In this document: positions 9,546 to 16,401 of the stretch, in pieces
Position numbering within the stretch: the first letter of the stretch is position 1
Layout: every line of letters begins with the position of its first letter
Source of the DNA: Candidatus Fervidifonticultor sextus
Lineage (GTDB): Bacteria; Sysuimicrobiota; Sysuimicrobiia; Sysuimicrobiales; Humicultoraceae
DNA length: 33,075 nt
Reading direction: 5' to 3'
NCBI GenBank assembly: GCA_031459875.1
Contig: JAVKHQ010000030.1
Span: 1-33,075, forward strand
The notes under the pieces: model-generated
Seen by the model: the letters and a program-made list of their open reading frames with translations, nothing else
What the model was told of the DNA's origin: nothing
Database searches by the model: none
Made by a program: the position numbers and the translations under genes

Positions 9546-10306
9546 CGGCCGGCGAGGTCCAGATCGAAGGCCGCCATCCGGTCGCCGAGGCCCTCCGGGC
9601 AGGCCGCCCGCTGCGCAAGCTCATCGTCAGCCGCGCCGCGGGGGCGCATCGGGGCCTGGGTCCTCTTATCGGCGAGGCCCGCCGCCGCGGCATCCCCGTC
9701 CAGGAGGTGGACCCTGCCGCCCTCCGCCGCCTGGCCCGGACCCGGATCCCGCAGGGTGTCATCGCCTACGCGGCGGCCCACGCCCTCGTGGGCCTGGACG
9801 ACCTCCTGGCGAGGGCTCGAGCGCGGGGCGAGCAGCCGTTCCTCCTGCTGCTCGATGGTGTGCAGGATCCCCGCAACCTGGGCGCGATCCTCCGTTCGGC
9901 CGATGCGGCCGGCGCCCACGGCGTCGTCATCCCGCGGCACCGGTCGGCCGGCTTGAGCCCCGCGGTGGCGGCGGCGTCGGCGGGCGCCATCGAGCACGTC
10001 CCGGTGGCCCAGGTCTCCAACATCGCGTCGGCCATCGACCGGCTGAGGCGCGAGGGGATCTGGGTGTTCGGGGCCGATCCCGGGGCGTCCGAGGACGTGT
10101 ACGGCGTGAGCCTGGAGCCGCCGCTGGCGCTGGTGGTGGGAGGCGAAGGCCGGGGGCTTGCCCGCCTGGTCAAGGAGCGCTGCGACCGGCTCGTGCGGAT
10201 CCCGATGTACGGCGCCACGGCCTCGCTGAACGTCTCGGTGGCGGCGGCGCTGCTGCTCTTCGAGGTCCGCCGGCAGATGCGCGGGCGGCCGGCGGACGCC
10301 CCATGA
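9509..10306 (+). CDS. rlmB: 23S rRNA (Gm2251) 2'-O-methyltransferase, TrmH/SpoU family
   Basis: IEGRHPVAEAL, QGVIA, LDGVQDPRNLGAILRS, VGGEGRG, IPMYG..SLNVSVA. GGAGGT SD before ATG 9509 (37-nt overlap with cysS). Confidence 0.93.
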   Translation: MARRAAARREDLTAGEVQIEGRHPVAEALRAGRPLRKLIVSRAAGAHRGLGPLIGEARRRGIPVQEVDPAALRRLARTRIPQGVIAYAAAHALVGLDDLLARARARGEQPFLLLLDGVQDPRNLGAILRSADAAGAHGVVIPRHRSAGLSPAVAAASAGAIEHVPVAQVSNIASAIDRLRREGIWVFGADPGASEDVYGVSLEPPLALVVGGEGRGLARLVKERCDRLVRIPMYGATASLNVSVAAALLLFEVRRQMRGRPADAP

Positions 10307-11673
10307 GCCGGCGGCTGACCGCATTCGGCCTCGGACTCTTGGCCGGTGCCGTCTTCGGTCTGTTCGGGTGGTTCGTGGTGACCGACTGGCGGTACGCCGG
10401 ACGGGTGCTGCCCGGCGTGACCCTGGAGGGCACAGGCCTCGGCGGCCTGACCGCGCCGGAGGTGGCCACGCGGGTGCGATACCGGGCGGCCGCGACCACG
10501 ACGCGTCCGATCTGGGTGCGGGCAGGTCCGGTGCAGGCCCGGGCGACTGCCTTCGAGCTGGGCATGCGACCCGCCGTGGACCGGACGGTGGCAGCGGCGA
10601 TGGCCGTCGGGCGCTCCGGTACCCTCGTCGAGCGCCTCTTCGACCGGCTCGTCCTGCTGCGCCGCCCGATCGAGGTCCCCATCCAGTACTGGTACGAGCC
10701 GGCGGCCGCGCGCCAGGCCGTGGAGCGGGTGGCGGCCTCCGTGGTCGTCGAGCCGAAAGACGCCCGGGTCACGGTGGCCGGCGGTCGCCTGACGGTGGTC
10801 AGCCCCAGCCAGGACGGCGTGGTCGTGGATCTGCGCGCGTCGGTCCTCCGGGTGATCTCCGCGCTGGTCCGCCGCGAGGCCGCAGTGGACCTGGTGATCG
10901 CCCTGCGCCGGCCCGCGTTCACCACCGAGATCGCCGACCGGATGGCCGAGCCCCTAGCCCGGTTCACCACGTCCTTCCCGGACAATCCCGACCGGGTCCA
11001 CAACATCCGGCTGGCCGCAGCCGCGCTGCGGGGGGTGCTGCTGCCTCCCGGCGCGCTGCTCTCCTACAACGAGATGGTCGGGCCCCGGGACCCAGCCCGG
11101 GGCTACCGGAAGGCCCCGGTCCTGATCAACAACGTGCTGGTCCCAGGCGACGGCGGCGGTGTCTGCCAGGTCTCCTCGACGCTCTTCAACGCGGCACTGC
11201 TCGCCGAGATGACGGTCGAGGCCCGGGTCAACCACTCCCGGCCGGTGCCGTACCTGGCCGCCGGGCTCGACGCCACCGTCGAGTACGGGTCGCTGGACCT
11301 CCGCCTGCGCAACACCACGGGGCAGTACCTCTACCTCTGGACCGATGTGACGCGGCGCAGCGTGACGGTAACGGTGTACGGCCCCCGGCAGCCGGGCCGG
11401 GAGGTGGCCATTGTCGTCACCGACCGCGTGGTCCTGCCCGCACCCGGCCACACGGTGACCAGACGGGATCCGGACCTCCCGACCGGCCGGATCAGGATCG
11501 AGCCGGCGTCCCCCGGCCTGCGCGCCCGCACGCTGCGCATCGTCCGCCAGGACGGCGCGGTGGTCCGCCAGGAGGTCGTGGCCCGCTCCTACTACCGGCC
11601 GACGCCACGCACGATCTTCATCGGCGCTGGTCCAGTGGCCAGGCCGGCCTCGCGGCCCGCAACATTGCCTTGA
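10303..11673 (+). CDS. VanW/YoaR-family cell-surface protein (TM anchor, PG-binding-4-like, VanW and G5-like regions)
   Basis: N-terminal TM helix. RVHNIRLAA, SYNEMVGPR..RGY..AP, GGGVCQVSSTLFNA, HS..VPY..GLDATV, and a G5-like C-terminal 'SYYRP'. ATGA overlap with rlmB. Confidence 0.88.
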   Translation: MSRRLTAFGLGLLAGAVFGLFGWFVVTDWRYAGRVLPGVTLEGTGLGGLTAPEVATRVRYRAAATTTRPIWVRAGPVQARATAFELGMRPAVDRTVAAAMAVGRSGTLVERLFDRLVLLRRPIEVPIQYWYEPAAARQAVERVAASVVVEPKDARVTVAGGRLTVVSPSQDGVVVDLRASVLRVISALVRREAAVDLVIALRRPAFTTEIADRMAEPLARFTTSFPDNPDRVHNIRLAAAALRGVLLPPGALLSYNEMVGPRDPARGYRKAPVLINNVLVPGDGGGVCQVSSTLFNAALLAEMTVEARVNHSRPVPYLAAGLDATVEYGSLDLRLRNTTGQYLYLWTDVTRRSVTVTVYGPRQPGREVAIVVTDRVVLPAPGHTVTRRDPDLPTGRIRIEPASPGLRARTLRIVRQDGAVVRQEVVARSYYRPTPRTIFIGAGPVARPASRPATLP

Positions 11674-11698
11674 CGCCTGTGGGAGCGGTTCCTATAAT
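11670..11698 (+). promoter_or_regulatory. SigA-type promoter for sigH
   Basis: TTGACG, 17 nt, TATAAT. Confidence 0.75.
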
Positions 11699-11785
11699 GG
11701 GGCTGTCTTGCACATGGGATGCGTGCCCGACGGTAGCGTTCCAGTCACAGCCCTTCATGCCTCGGTGAGCCGGAGGGGATAGCGA

Positions 11786-12424
11786 GTGGCGCTGGCGCGA
11801 CGGGAAGGGCTGGGCTACCACGAACTGGTTGACGAAGAACTTGTCGAGCACGCGAAGGGCGGCGATGACCGCGCCGCCGAATTCCTCATCAGCAAGTACC
11901 GCAACTTTGTCCGCGTCAAGGCCAAGGCCTACTTCCTGATCGGCGCCGACCGCGAGGACATCATCCAGGAAGGGATGATCGGCCTCTACAAGGCGATCCG
12001 CGATTTCCGGCGCGACAAGCTCTCGTCGTTTCGGGCGTTCGCGGAACTGTGCATTACCCGGCAGATTATCACCGCCATCAAGACCGCGACGCGCCAGAAG
12101 CACATCCCCCTGAACTCGTACATCTCGCTGAACAAACCCATCTACGACGAGGACTCCGACCGCACCCTGCTGGACGTCATCAGCAGCATCAAGGTCTCCG
12201 ATCCTGAGGAGCTGGTCATCAACCAGGAAGCCTCGGCGACGATGCGCGAGCGTATCCGCAAGAACCTCAGCGACCTGGAGTGCAGGGTGCTCACCGCCTA
12301 CCTGGAGGGGAAGTCCTACCAGGAGATGGCCAACGAGCTCAACCGCCACGTGAAGTCCATCGACAACGCCCTCCAGCGGGTGAAGCGCAAGCTCGAACGG
12401 AACCTCGAAGGCGAAGACGCCTAG
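11786..12424 (+). CDS. sigH: RNA polymerase sigma factor SigH (Spo0H type)
   Basis: YFLIGADREDIIQEGMIGLYKAIRDF, SSFRAFAELCITRQIITAIKTATRQKHIPLNSYISL, KSIDNALQRVKRKLE, the Bacillota SigH signatures. GGAGGGG SD and GTG start. Confidence 0.95.
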   Translation: MALARREGLGYHELVDEELVEHAKGGDDRAAEFLISKYRNFVRVKAKAYFLIGADREDIIQEGMIGLYKAIRDFRRDKLSSFRAFAELCITRQIITAIKTATRQKHIPLNSYISLNKPIYDEDSDRTLLDVISSIKVSDPEELVINQEASATMRERIRKNLSDLECRVLTAYLEGKSYQEMANELNRHVKSIDNALQRVKRKLERNLEGEDA

Positions 12425-12447
12425 CCCGGCCCCTACCCGAGCGGTCC

Positions 12448-12591
12448 ATGCTGCGGATGGTCTGTCCTGCGTGCAGGCTGGTGTTGCTTCGGGTGGAGAT
12501 CCTGGACCCGGGCGAGGCCGTCGCCTGCCCCCGCTGCGCGATGGTTTTCCACCCGGACGAAGAAGAGATCCTCGATCCGGAAAACGACTGA
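12448..12591 (+). CDS. Small Zn-ribbon protein with an acidic tail (47 aa)
   Basis: MLRMVCPACRLVLLRVEILDPGEAVACPRCAMVFHPDEEEILDPEND, two CPxC motifs. It is the tail of track ORF 12280-12591. Confidence 0.6.
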   Translation: MLRMVCPACRLVLLRVEILDPGEAVACPRCAMVFHPDEEEILDPEND

Positions 12592-12804
12592 GCGGCGGTC
12601 TTCGCCGGCGCCGTCGGCGCGACCCTGCGTGATGTCGTCAAGCTGACCACGCTCTGCACCAATCCGGCCGGGATTCCCGCCATTCGCGAGGTCCGATCCT
12701 GCGAGTTTGGCGACCACACCCCGGACAGCACCCGGGTAGTCGTCGCGGGGTTGGCGTCCCCTGATTATCTTGTGGAGATCGAAGCGATCGCGGTGATTCC
12801 CTAG
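12592..12804 (+). pseudogene. C-terminal remnant of a RidA/YjgF/UK114-family gene
   Basis: Manual translation: AAVFAGAVGATLRDVVKLTTLCTNPAGIPAIREVRSCEFGDHTPDSTRVVVAGLASPDYLVEIEAIAVIP*. The DVVK and LVEIEAIA motifs are Rid-like. No start codon or N-terminal half. Not in the ORF track. Confidence 0.7.
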
Positions 12805-13778
12805 CCGCCGATCTGGATCATGACCCGCTTTTCGGGGTAGAGCCGCTCCGCCAGCGCGTGCCCGAACGGCCGGCGGTAGGCGGCGGCGGCGAAGCGTTGC
12901 TTCATCTCGTCCCGCGAGGCCCCGGCCCGCAGCGGGGTCAGCAGGTCTTCTTCGTCATCCCGCAGCAGGCACAGGCGCAACTTCCCATCCGCGGTCAGCC
13001 GCAGCCGGCCGCACTTGATGCAGAACGGCTCGCTGACGGGGCTGATCAATCCGATGGTCCCGGCGGCGTTGGGCAGGCGGTAGGTGCGGGCCGGCTGGTC
13101 GCCGGTGAGATCCAGCGGTTCCATGGGCCCCAACGCGGCCTCGATGCGGGCCCGGACTTCCTCGGAGGTGACGATCCCGGCGTCGGCCACATCGGCCACG
13201 GTGCCGAACGGCATGACCTCGATGAACCGGACCTCCCAGGGCCGGTCCAGCGTCAGCGCCGCCAGCGGCACCACGTCGTCCTCGTTGAAGCCGCGGACGA
13301 CGACCGCGTTGACCTTCATGGGCCGCAGCCCGACCGCTTCGGCCCGCGCGATGCCGGCCACGACGCGGTCCACATGCCCGCCCCGGGTGATGCGGCTGAA
13401 CTTCTGGGGGTCCAGCGTGTCCAGGCTGACGTTTAGGCGGGTGAGGCCGGCCTCGGCCAGCGGGCCGGCCAGGGACTCCAGCAGGATGCCGTTGGTCGTC
13501 ATCGCCAAGTCGGTGATGCCGGGAATGGCGCCGATGCGTCGCACCAGGTCCACGATCCGCGGCCGGACCGTGGGCTCGCCCCCGGTCAGCCTGACCTTGT
13601 GGACGCCGAGTTCGGCGGCAATCTCGATCAGCAGGACGAGTTCATCATCCTGGAGCAACTCGGCCGGCGGCCGGAAGTCGATGCCACCTTCGGGCATGCA
13701 GTAGACACACCGGAGGTTGCACCGGTCGGTGAGCGAGACCCGAAGATCGGTGAGCGGCCGGCCATACTGGTCGCGCAT
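12801..13778 (-). CDS. moaA: GTP 3',8-cyclase MoaA (radical SAM)
   Basis: LRVSLTDRCNLRCVYCMP, LTGGEP, TTNG, NVSLDTL, FIEVMP, FCIKCGRLRLTADG..CL, C-terminal MIQIGG. An in-frame GTG at 13784 is an alternative start. Confidence 0.96.
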   Translation of the reverse strand: MRDQYGRPLTDLRVSLTDRCNLRCVYCMPEGGIDFRPPAELLQDDELVLLIEIAAELGVHKVRLTGGEPTVRPRIVDLVRRIGAIPGITDLAMTTNGILLESLAGPLAEAGLTRLNVSLDTLDPQKFSRITRGGHVDRVVAGIARAEAVGLRPMKVNAVVVRGFNEDDVVPLAALTLDRPWEVRFIEVMPFGTVADVADAGIVTSEEVRARIEAALGPMEPLDLTGDQPARTYRLPNAAGTIGLISPVSEPFCIKCGRLRLTADGKLRLCLLRDDEEDLLTPLRAGASRDEMKQRFAAAAYRRPFGHALAERLYPEKRVMIQIGG

Positions 13779-13789
13779 GGTCACCGACC

Positions 13790-13798
13790 ATTCTAACA
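13790..13798 (-). promoter_or_regulatory. Extended -10 promoter of moaA
   Basis: TGtTAGAAT on the minus strand, 5 nt before the in-frame GTG at 13784. Confidence 0.55.
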
Positions 13799-13807
13799 CA
13801 CCTGACT

Positions 13808-13862
13808 CAAGAATGCGGCGGCGGGAGCCGATCCGGCACGGTCCGGGGCGGCTCCCGCCGTC
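13808..13862 (-). terminator. Hairpin downstream of the cyclase gene
   Basis: GGCGGCGGGAGCCG (13817-13830) pairs with CGGCTCCCGCCGTC (13849-13862), followed on the minus strand by GCATTCTT. Confidence 0.5.
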
Positions 13863-13881
13863 CCGCCATCGCCAGACGCCC

Positions 13882-14715
13882 CTACCACAGGGCCATCACC
13901 CGACAGGGCCCGCCCGATCCGCCGGCCACCTTGGGCGCGCCGACGAACACCCACGCGCCGCGGGGCGGGATCTTCGCCAGGTTGGCCAGGTTCTCCAGGC
14001 CCCAGCGACCGGCCGGCAGCCACGTGGTATGGGTCTTGAAGTCCTTGGACGCCCCGTAGTCCAGGCTGAGGGTGTCCACCCCAATCCCGACCACATCGCG
14101 TTCCCTGAGGAGGAACTCCGCTGCCTCGGGGTGGAAGCCCGGGAAGTGCATGACGCCGCCGGCATCGGGGTTGCGGAACGCCTGGGCGCTCCCGACCCGC
14201 GACTCCCACCCGCTGTGCATGAAGACCGCGGCGCCCCTGGGCAGCCGGCCGTGCCGGCGCTCCCAGGCGCGGATGTCGTCGGGGGTGACCCGCGTGTCCG
14301 GGTCGGTGGCCGCCCGCTCGTGGACGTGGACAACGGCGACCGGCGCAATGAGGGTCGAGGGCGCCAGCTGGTTGACGGTTGGGGCCCCATCGCCGAAATG
14401 CGCTGGCGCGTCCATGTGGGTGCCGATGTGCTCGAAGTAACTGATGTTCAGGGCGTAGTAGCCGTCTTTCTTGACGGTGACGGCCACGTCCGACTTGAAG
14501 ACGGGTTGCCCGCCAAACGAAGGGAACGTGGGCTTCAGGGTGTGGGTGAGGTCCTGGATGCGGGAGAACCGCATGCCCATGGGCGCGGCCAGCACCTCGG
14601 TGCCATCCAGCCACTGCGCGCCCACCGCCGCCACCGTCGCCGCTCCCGCCAGGCGCAACACATCGCGCCGGCTCACCCGCTTCTGTACCGCCTCCATGGC
14701 CAGGGGTCCGCACAT
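13882..14715 (-). CDS. Cyclase-family (KynB-like) metal-dependent hydrolase with a Tat signal peptide
   Basis: Twin-arginine SRRDVL plus a hydrophobic stretch. EHIGTHMDAPAHF (HxGTHxDxPxH), FPG, GIGVDTLSLD, LENLANL, GGSGGPCR. GGAGGTG SD. Confidence 0.9.
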   Translation of the reverse strand: MCGPLAMEAVQKRVSRRDVLRLAGAATVAAVGAQWLDGTEVLAAPMGMRFSRIQDLTHTLKPTFPSFGGQPVFKSDVAVTVKKDGYYALNISYFEHIGTHMDAPAHFGDGAPTVNQLAPSTLIAPVAVVHVHERAATDPDTRVTPDDIRAWERRHGRLPRGAAVFMHSGWESRVGSAQAFRNPDAGGVMHFPGFHPEAAEFLLRERDVVGIGVDTLSLDYGASKDFKTHTTWLPAGRWGLENLANLAKIPPRGAWVFVGAPKVAGGSGGPCRVMALW

Positions 14716-14890
14716 GCATCCATCACCTCCCGGGCGTCAGGTTCCAGGGCCCCGCCACTGACTTCCAACAAATTGAACGCCGGTGTTCGGTCTCCTCCAC
14801 GGTGGAGGGGCGCGCCCGTGGGGAGCGGTGGAGAACTTGTCCAACGGCTCGGAGGGGGACGCTGCGAGCCGCCCAGGCGCGTCAGGGGGT

Positions 14891-14921
14891 GAGAGAAATC
14901 GGCCTTCGGCAAGGAGGCCGA
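14891..14921 (-). terminator. Intrinsic terminator after tRNA-Thr
   Basis: Minus strand TCGGCCT-loop-AGGCCGA followed by TTTCTCTC. Confidence 0.6.
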
Positions 14922-14943
14922 CTGGTGGAACCCGCGTCAGTTC

Positions 14944-15020
14944 TGGAGCCGCCGACCGGAGTCGAACCGGTAACCCCCGCATTACAAGTGCGGTGCTCTG
15001 CCGGGTTGAGCTACGGCGGC
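14944..15020 (-). tRNA. tRNA-Thr(UGU)
   Basis: Reverse complement gives a GCCGCCG/CGGCGGC acceptor stem, anticodon arm CCGCA-CT TGT AA-TGCGG, GGTTCGACTCC T arm and encoded CCA. Confidence 0.96.
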
Positions 15021-15034
15021 CCGCTGCGCCCTGG

Positions 15035-15043
15035 ATTATAGCA
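15035..15043 (-). promoter_or_regulatory. Extended -10 promoter for tRNA-Thr
   Basis: TGcTATAAT on the minus strand, 14 nt upstream of the tRNA 5' end. Confidence 0.7.
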
Positions 15044-15135
15044 CGGTCGGCCCCGGTCGGCTGCGGCCGTGCCGGTTCGCCTCCACACCGGTCCGGACCA
15101 TGAGTGGGCCCGGGTGGTCTCCCGGGGTGAAATTC

Positions 15136-15525
15136 TCAGTATACGCTGTCGCGGGCGACCCGGAACTCCAGCAGGTCCTCGTCGGCCTTCAGGCCGCAGT
15201 ACAGCCACACGAAAGGCGCCAGAAGCCCTCCGCTGACGAACAGGAGGGTCCCCATGATCGAGGCGTGCACCCACAGCCCGACCAGCAGGTACCAGATCGG
15301 GCCCAGGATCAGGGCAAGCCAGTTCACGTGCAGCCGCGGCGGGTAGCGGCGGTAGTAGAGCGCCGCCGGATCCTGGGCGGGCAGGGGGAGGCCGACCGGC
15401 GTCTCCAGCACCCGCCGCAGCCAGGTGAACGGTCGGCGGTTGACGGTTCGGATCAGGTGAGAGAGCCCCACCAGCCCCACGACGACCAGGACGAACCCCA
15501 CGACGATCCAGCCAGACTGTGTCAC
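15136..15525 (-). CDS. Small membrane protein, DUF2628-like
   Basis: GTG at 15525 with a GAGGTG SD. N-terminal TM helix and YYRRY...NWLALILGPIWYLLVGLW, like the DUF2628 NW.A....P.W pattern. Confidence 0.65.
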   Translation of the reverse strand: MTQSGWIVVGFVLVVVGLVGLSHLIRTVNRRPFTWLRRVLETPVGLPLPAQDPAALYYRRYPPRLHVNWLALILGPIWYLLVGLWVHASIMGTLLFVSGGLLAPFVWLYCGLKADEDLLEFRVARDSVY

Positions 15526-15637
15526 ACCCGCACCTCGCACGCAGGTCCAGCAGGTAGATTCGCCCGGCATCCGCCCGTCCCTCTCGCGGGCTGCCTGCGC
15601 CTGCGGCGACGAGCATGGCCTGCGCAACGCCCCTTCG

Positions 15638-15667
15638 TTGACGCTTCCTCCGGCCCGTCCCTATAAT
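15638..15667 (+). promoter_or_regulatory. SigA promoter for tRNA-Tyr/tRNA-Gly
   Basis: TTGACG, 18 nt, TATAAT, 13 nt before tRNA-Tyr. Confidence 0.75.
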
Positions 15668-15680
15668 GAAATGGCGGTTC

Positions 15681-15767
15681 GGGCGGGTACCCAAGTGGAC
15701 AAAGGGGGCTGACTGTAGATCAGCTGCGCGACGCGCTTCGGAGGTTCGAATCCTTCCCCGCCCACCA
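15681..15767 (+). tRNA. tRNA-Tyr(GUA)
   Basis: GGGCGGG/CCCGCCC acceptor stem, GCTGA-CT GTA GA-TCAGC anticodon arm, long variable arm, GGTTCGAATCC, ACCA end. Confidence 0.96.
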
Positions 15768-15786
15768 GCCCGTCCGCCGCGGTCAC

Positions 15787-15860
15787 GCGGGAGTAGCTCA
15801 ATGGTAGAGCCCCAGCCTTCCAAGCTGGTGGTGCGGGTTCGATTCCCGTCTCCCGCTCCA
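15787..15860 (+). tRNA. tRNA-Gly(UCC)
   Basis: GCGGGAG/CTCCCGC acceptor stem, CCAGC-CT TCC AA-GCTGG anticodon arm, GGTTCGATTCC, TCCA end. 74 nt. Confidence 0.96.
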
Positions 15861-15943
15861 GCGATCTGACCCTTCGCCGGCGTTCCCCCGCGACCGGCCA
15901 CGTGCAGGACTGCGCTCGTCGTCGCGCCCTGCGCGCCACGAGG

Positions 15944-15968
15944 AGGATTCCCTCACGGCTCGCCGAAA
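15944..15968 (+). promoter_or_regulatory. Candidate SigH-type promoter upstream of hup
   Basis: AGGA (15944-47, context AGGATT), 17 nt, GAAA (15965-68, context GCCGAAA). Confidence 0.35.
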
Positions 15969-16025
15969 CGAGTGGGCGTCGCCACGGCATTCCCAGACGA
16001 CTCCACGCTCGGCGAGGGGAGAGTC

Positions 16026-16298
16026 ATGAACAAGGAGCAGCTGATCGAGCGGGTGGCCGACAAGACAGGCGCCACGAAGAAGGACGCCATGGAAATCCTC
16101 AACGCCGCGCTCGAGTTGATCGCCGGAGGGCTCAAGAGGGGCGAGAAGGTCACGCTGGTCGGCTTCGGCACCTTCCTCGTCCGCAAGCGCAAGGCCCGCG
16201 AGGGGCGCAACCCACAGACCGGAGCGAGGATCAAGATCCCGGCCAAGCGGGTCCCGGCCTTCACCGCGGGGAAGGAGCTGAAGGCGGCGGTCAAGTAG
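16026..16298 (+). CDS. hup: DNA-binding protein HU
   Basis: MNKEQLI...VTLVGFGTF..RKAREGRNPQTG..IPAKRVPAFTAGKELK, 90 aa, GAGGGGAG SD. Confidence 0.96.
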   Translation: MNKEQLIERVADKTGATKKDAMEILNAALELIAGGLKRGEKVTLVGFGTFLVRKRKAREGRNPQTGARIKIPAKRVPAFTAGKELKAAVK

Positions 16299-16322
16299 TC
16301 TTGCTACTGCGGGAAGTCGGCG

Positions 16323-16354
16323 GGCAGGTCGCCTGCGGCGGCCTGCCTTCTTTC
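16323..16354 (+). terminator. Intrinsic terminator after hup
   Basis: GGCAGGTCGC / GCGGCCTGCC stem followed by TTCTTTC. Confidence 0.65.
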
Positions 16355-16401
16355 GTGGCCGGGAGTCGGCGACTTCTGCGGGCCGGAGCGGGATCTGTGC
16401 G

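Noticed and set aside
10112..10123. 12-nt match (CTGGAGCCGCCG) to the tRNA-Thr 3' end as a possible att site
   Set aside because: It is short, GC-rich and lies inside intact rlmB, and there is no integrase in the window.
11700..11753. GGGCTGT/ACAGCCC inverted repeat upstream of sigH as a riboswitch-like stem
   Set aside because: The 5' arm lies mostly upstream of the predicted transcription start (about 11705), so it would not be in the transcript from this promoter.
12448..12591. LysW carrier protein identity for the Zn-ribbon ORF
   Set aside because: It has a similar size, Zn ribbon and acidic tail, but lacks the EDWGE C-terminus, and no lysX/argX genes are nearby.
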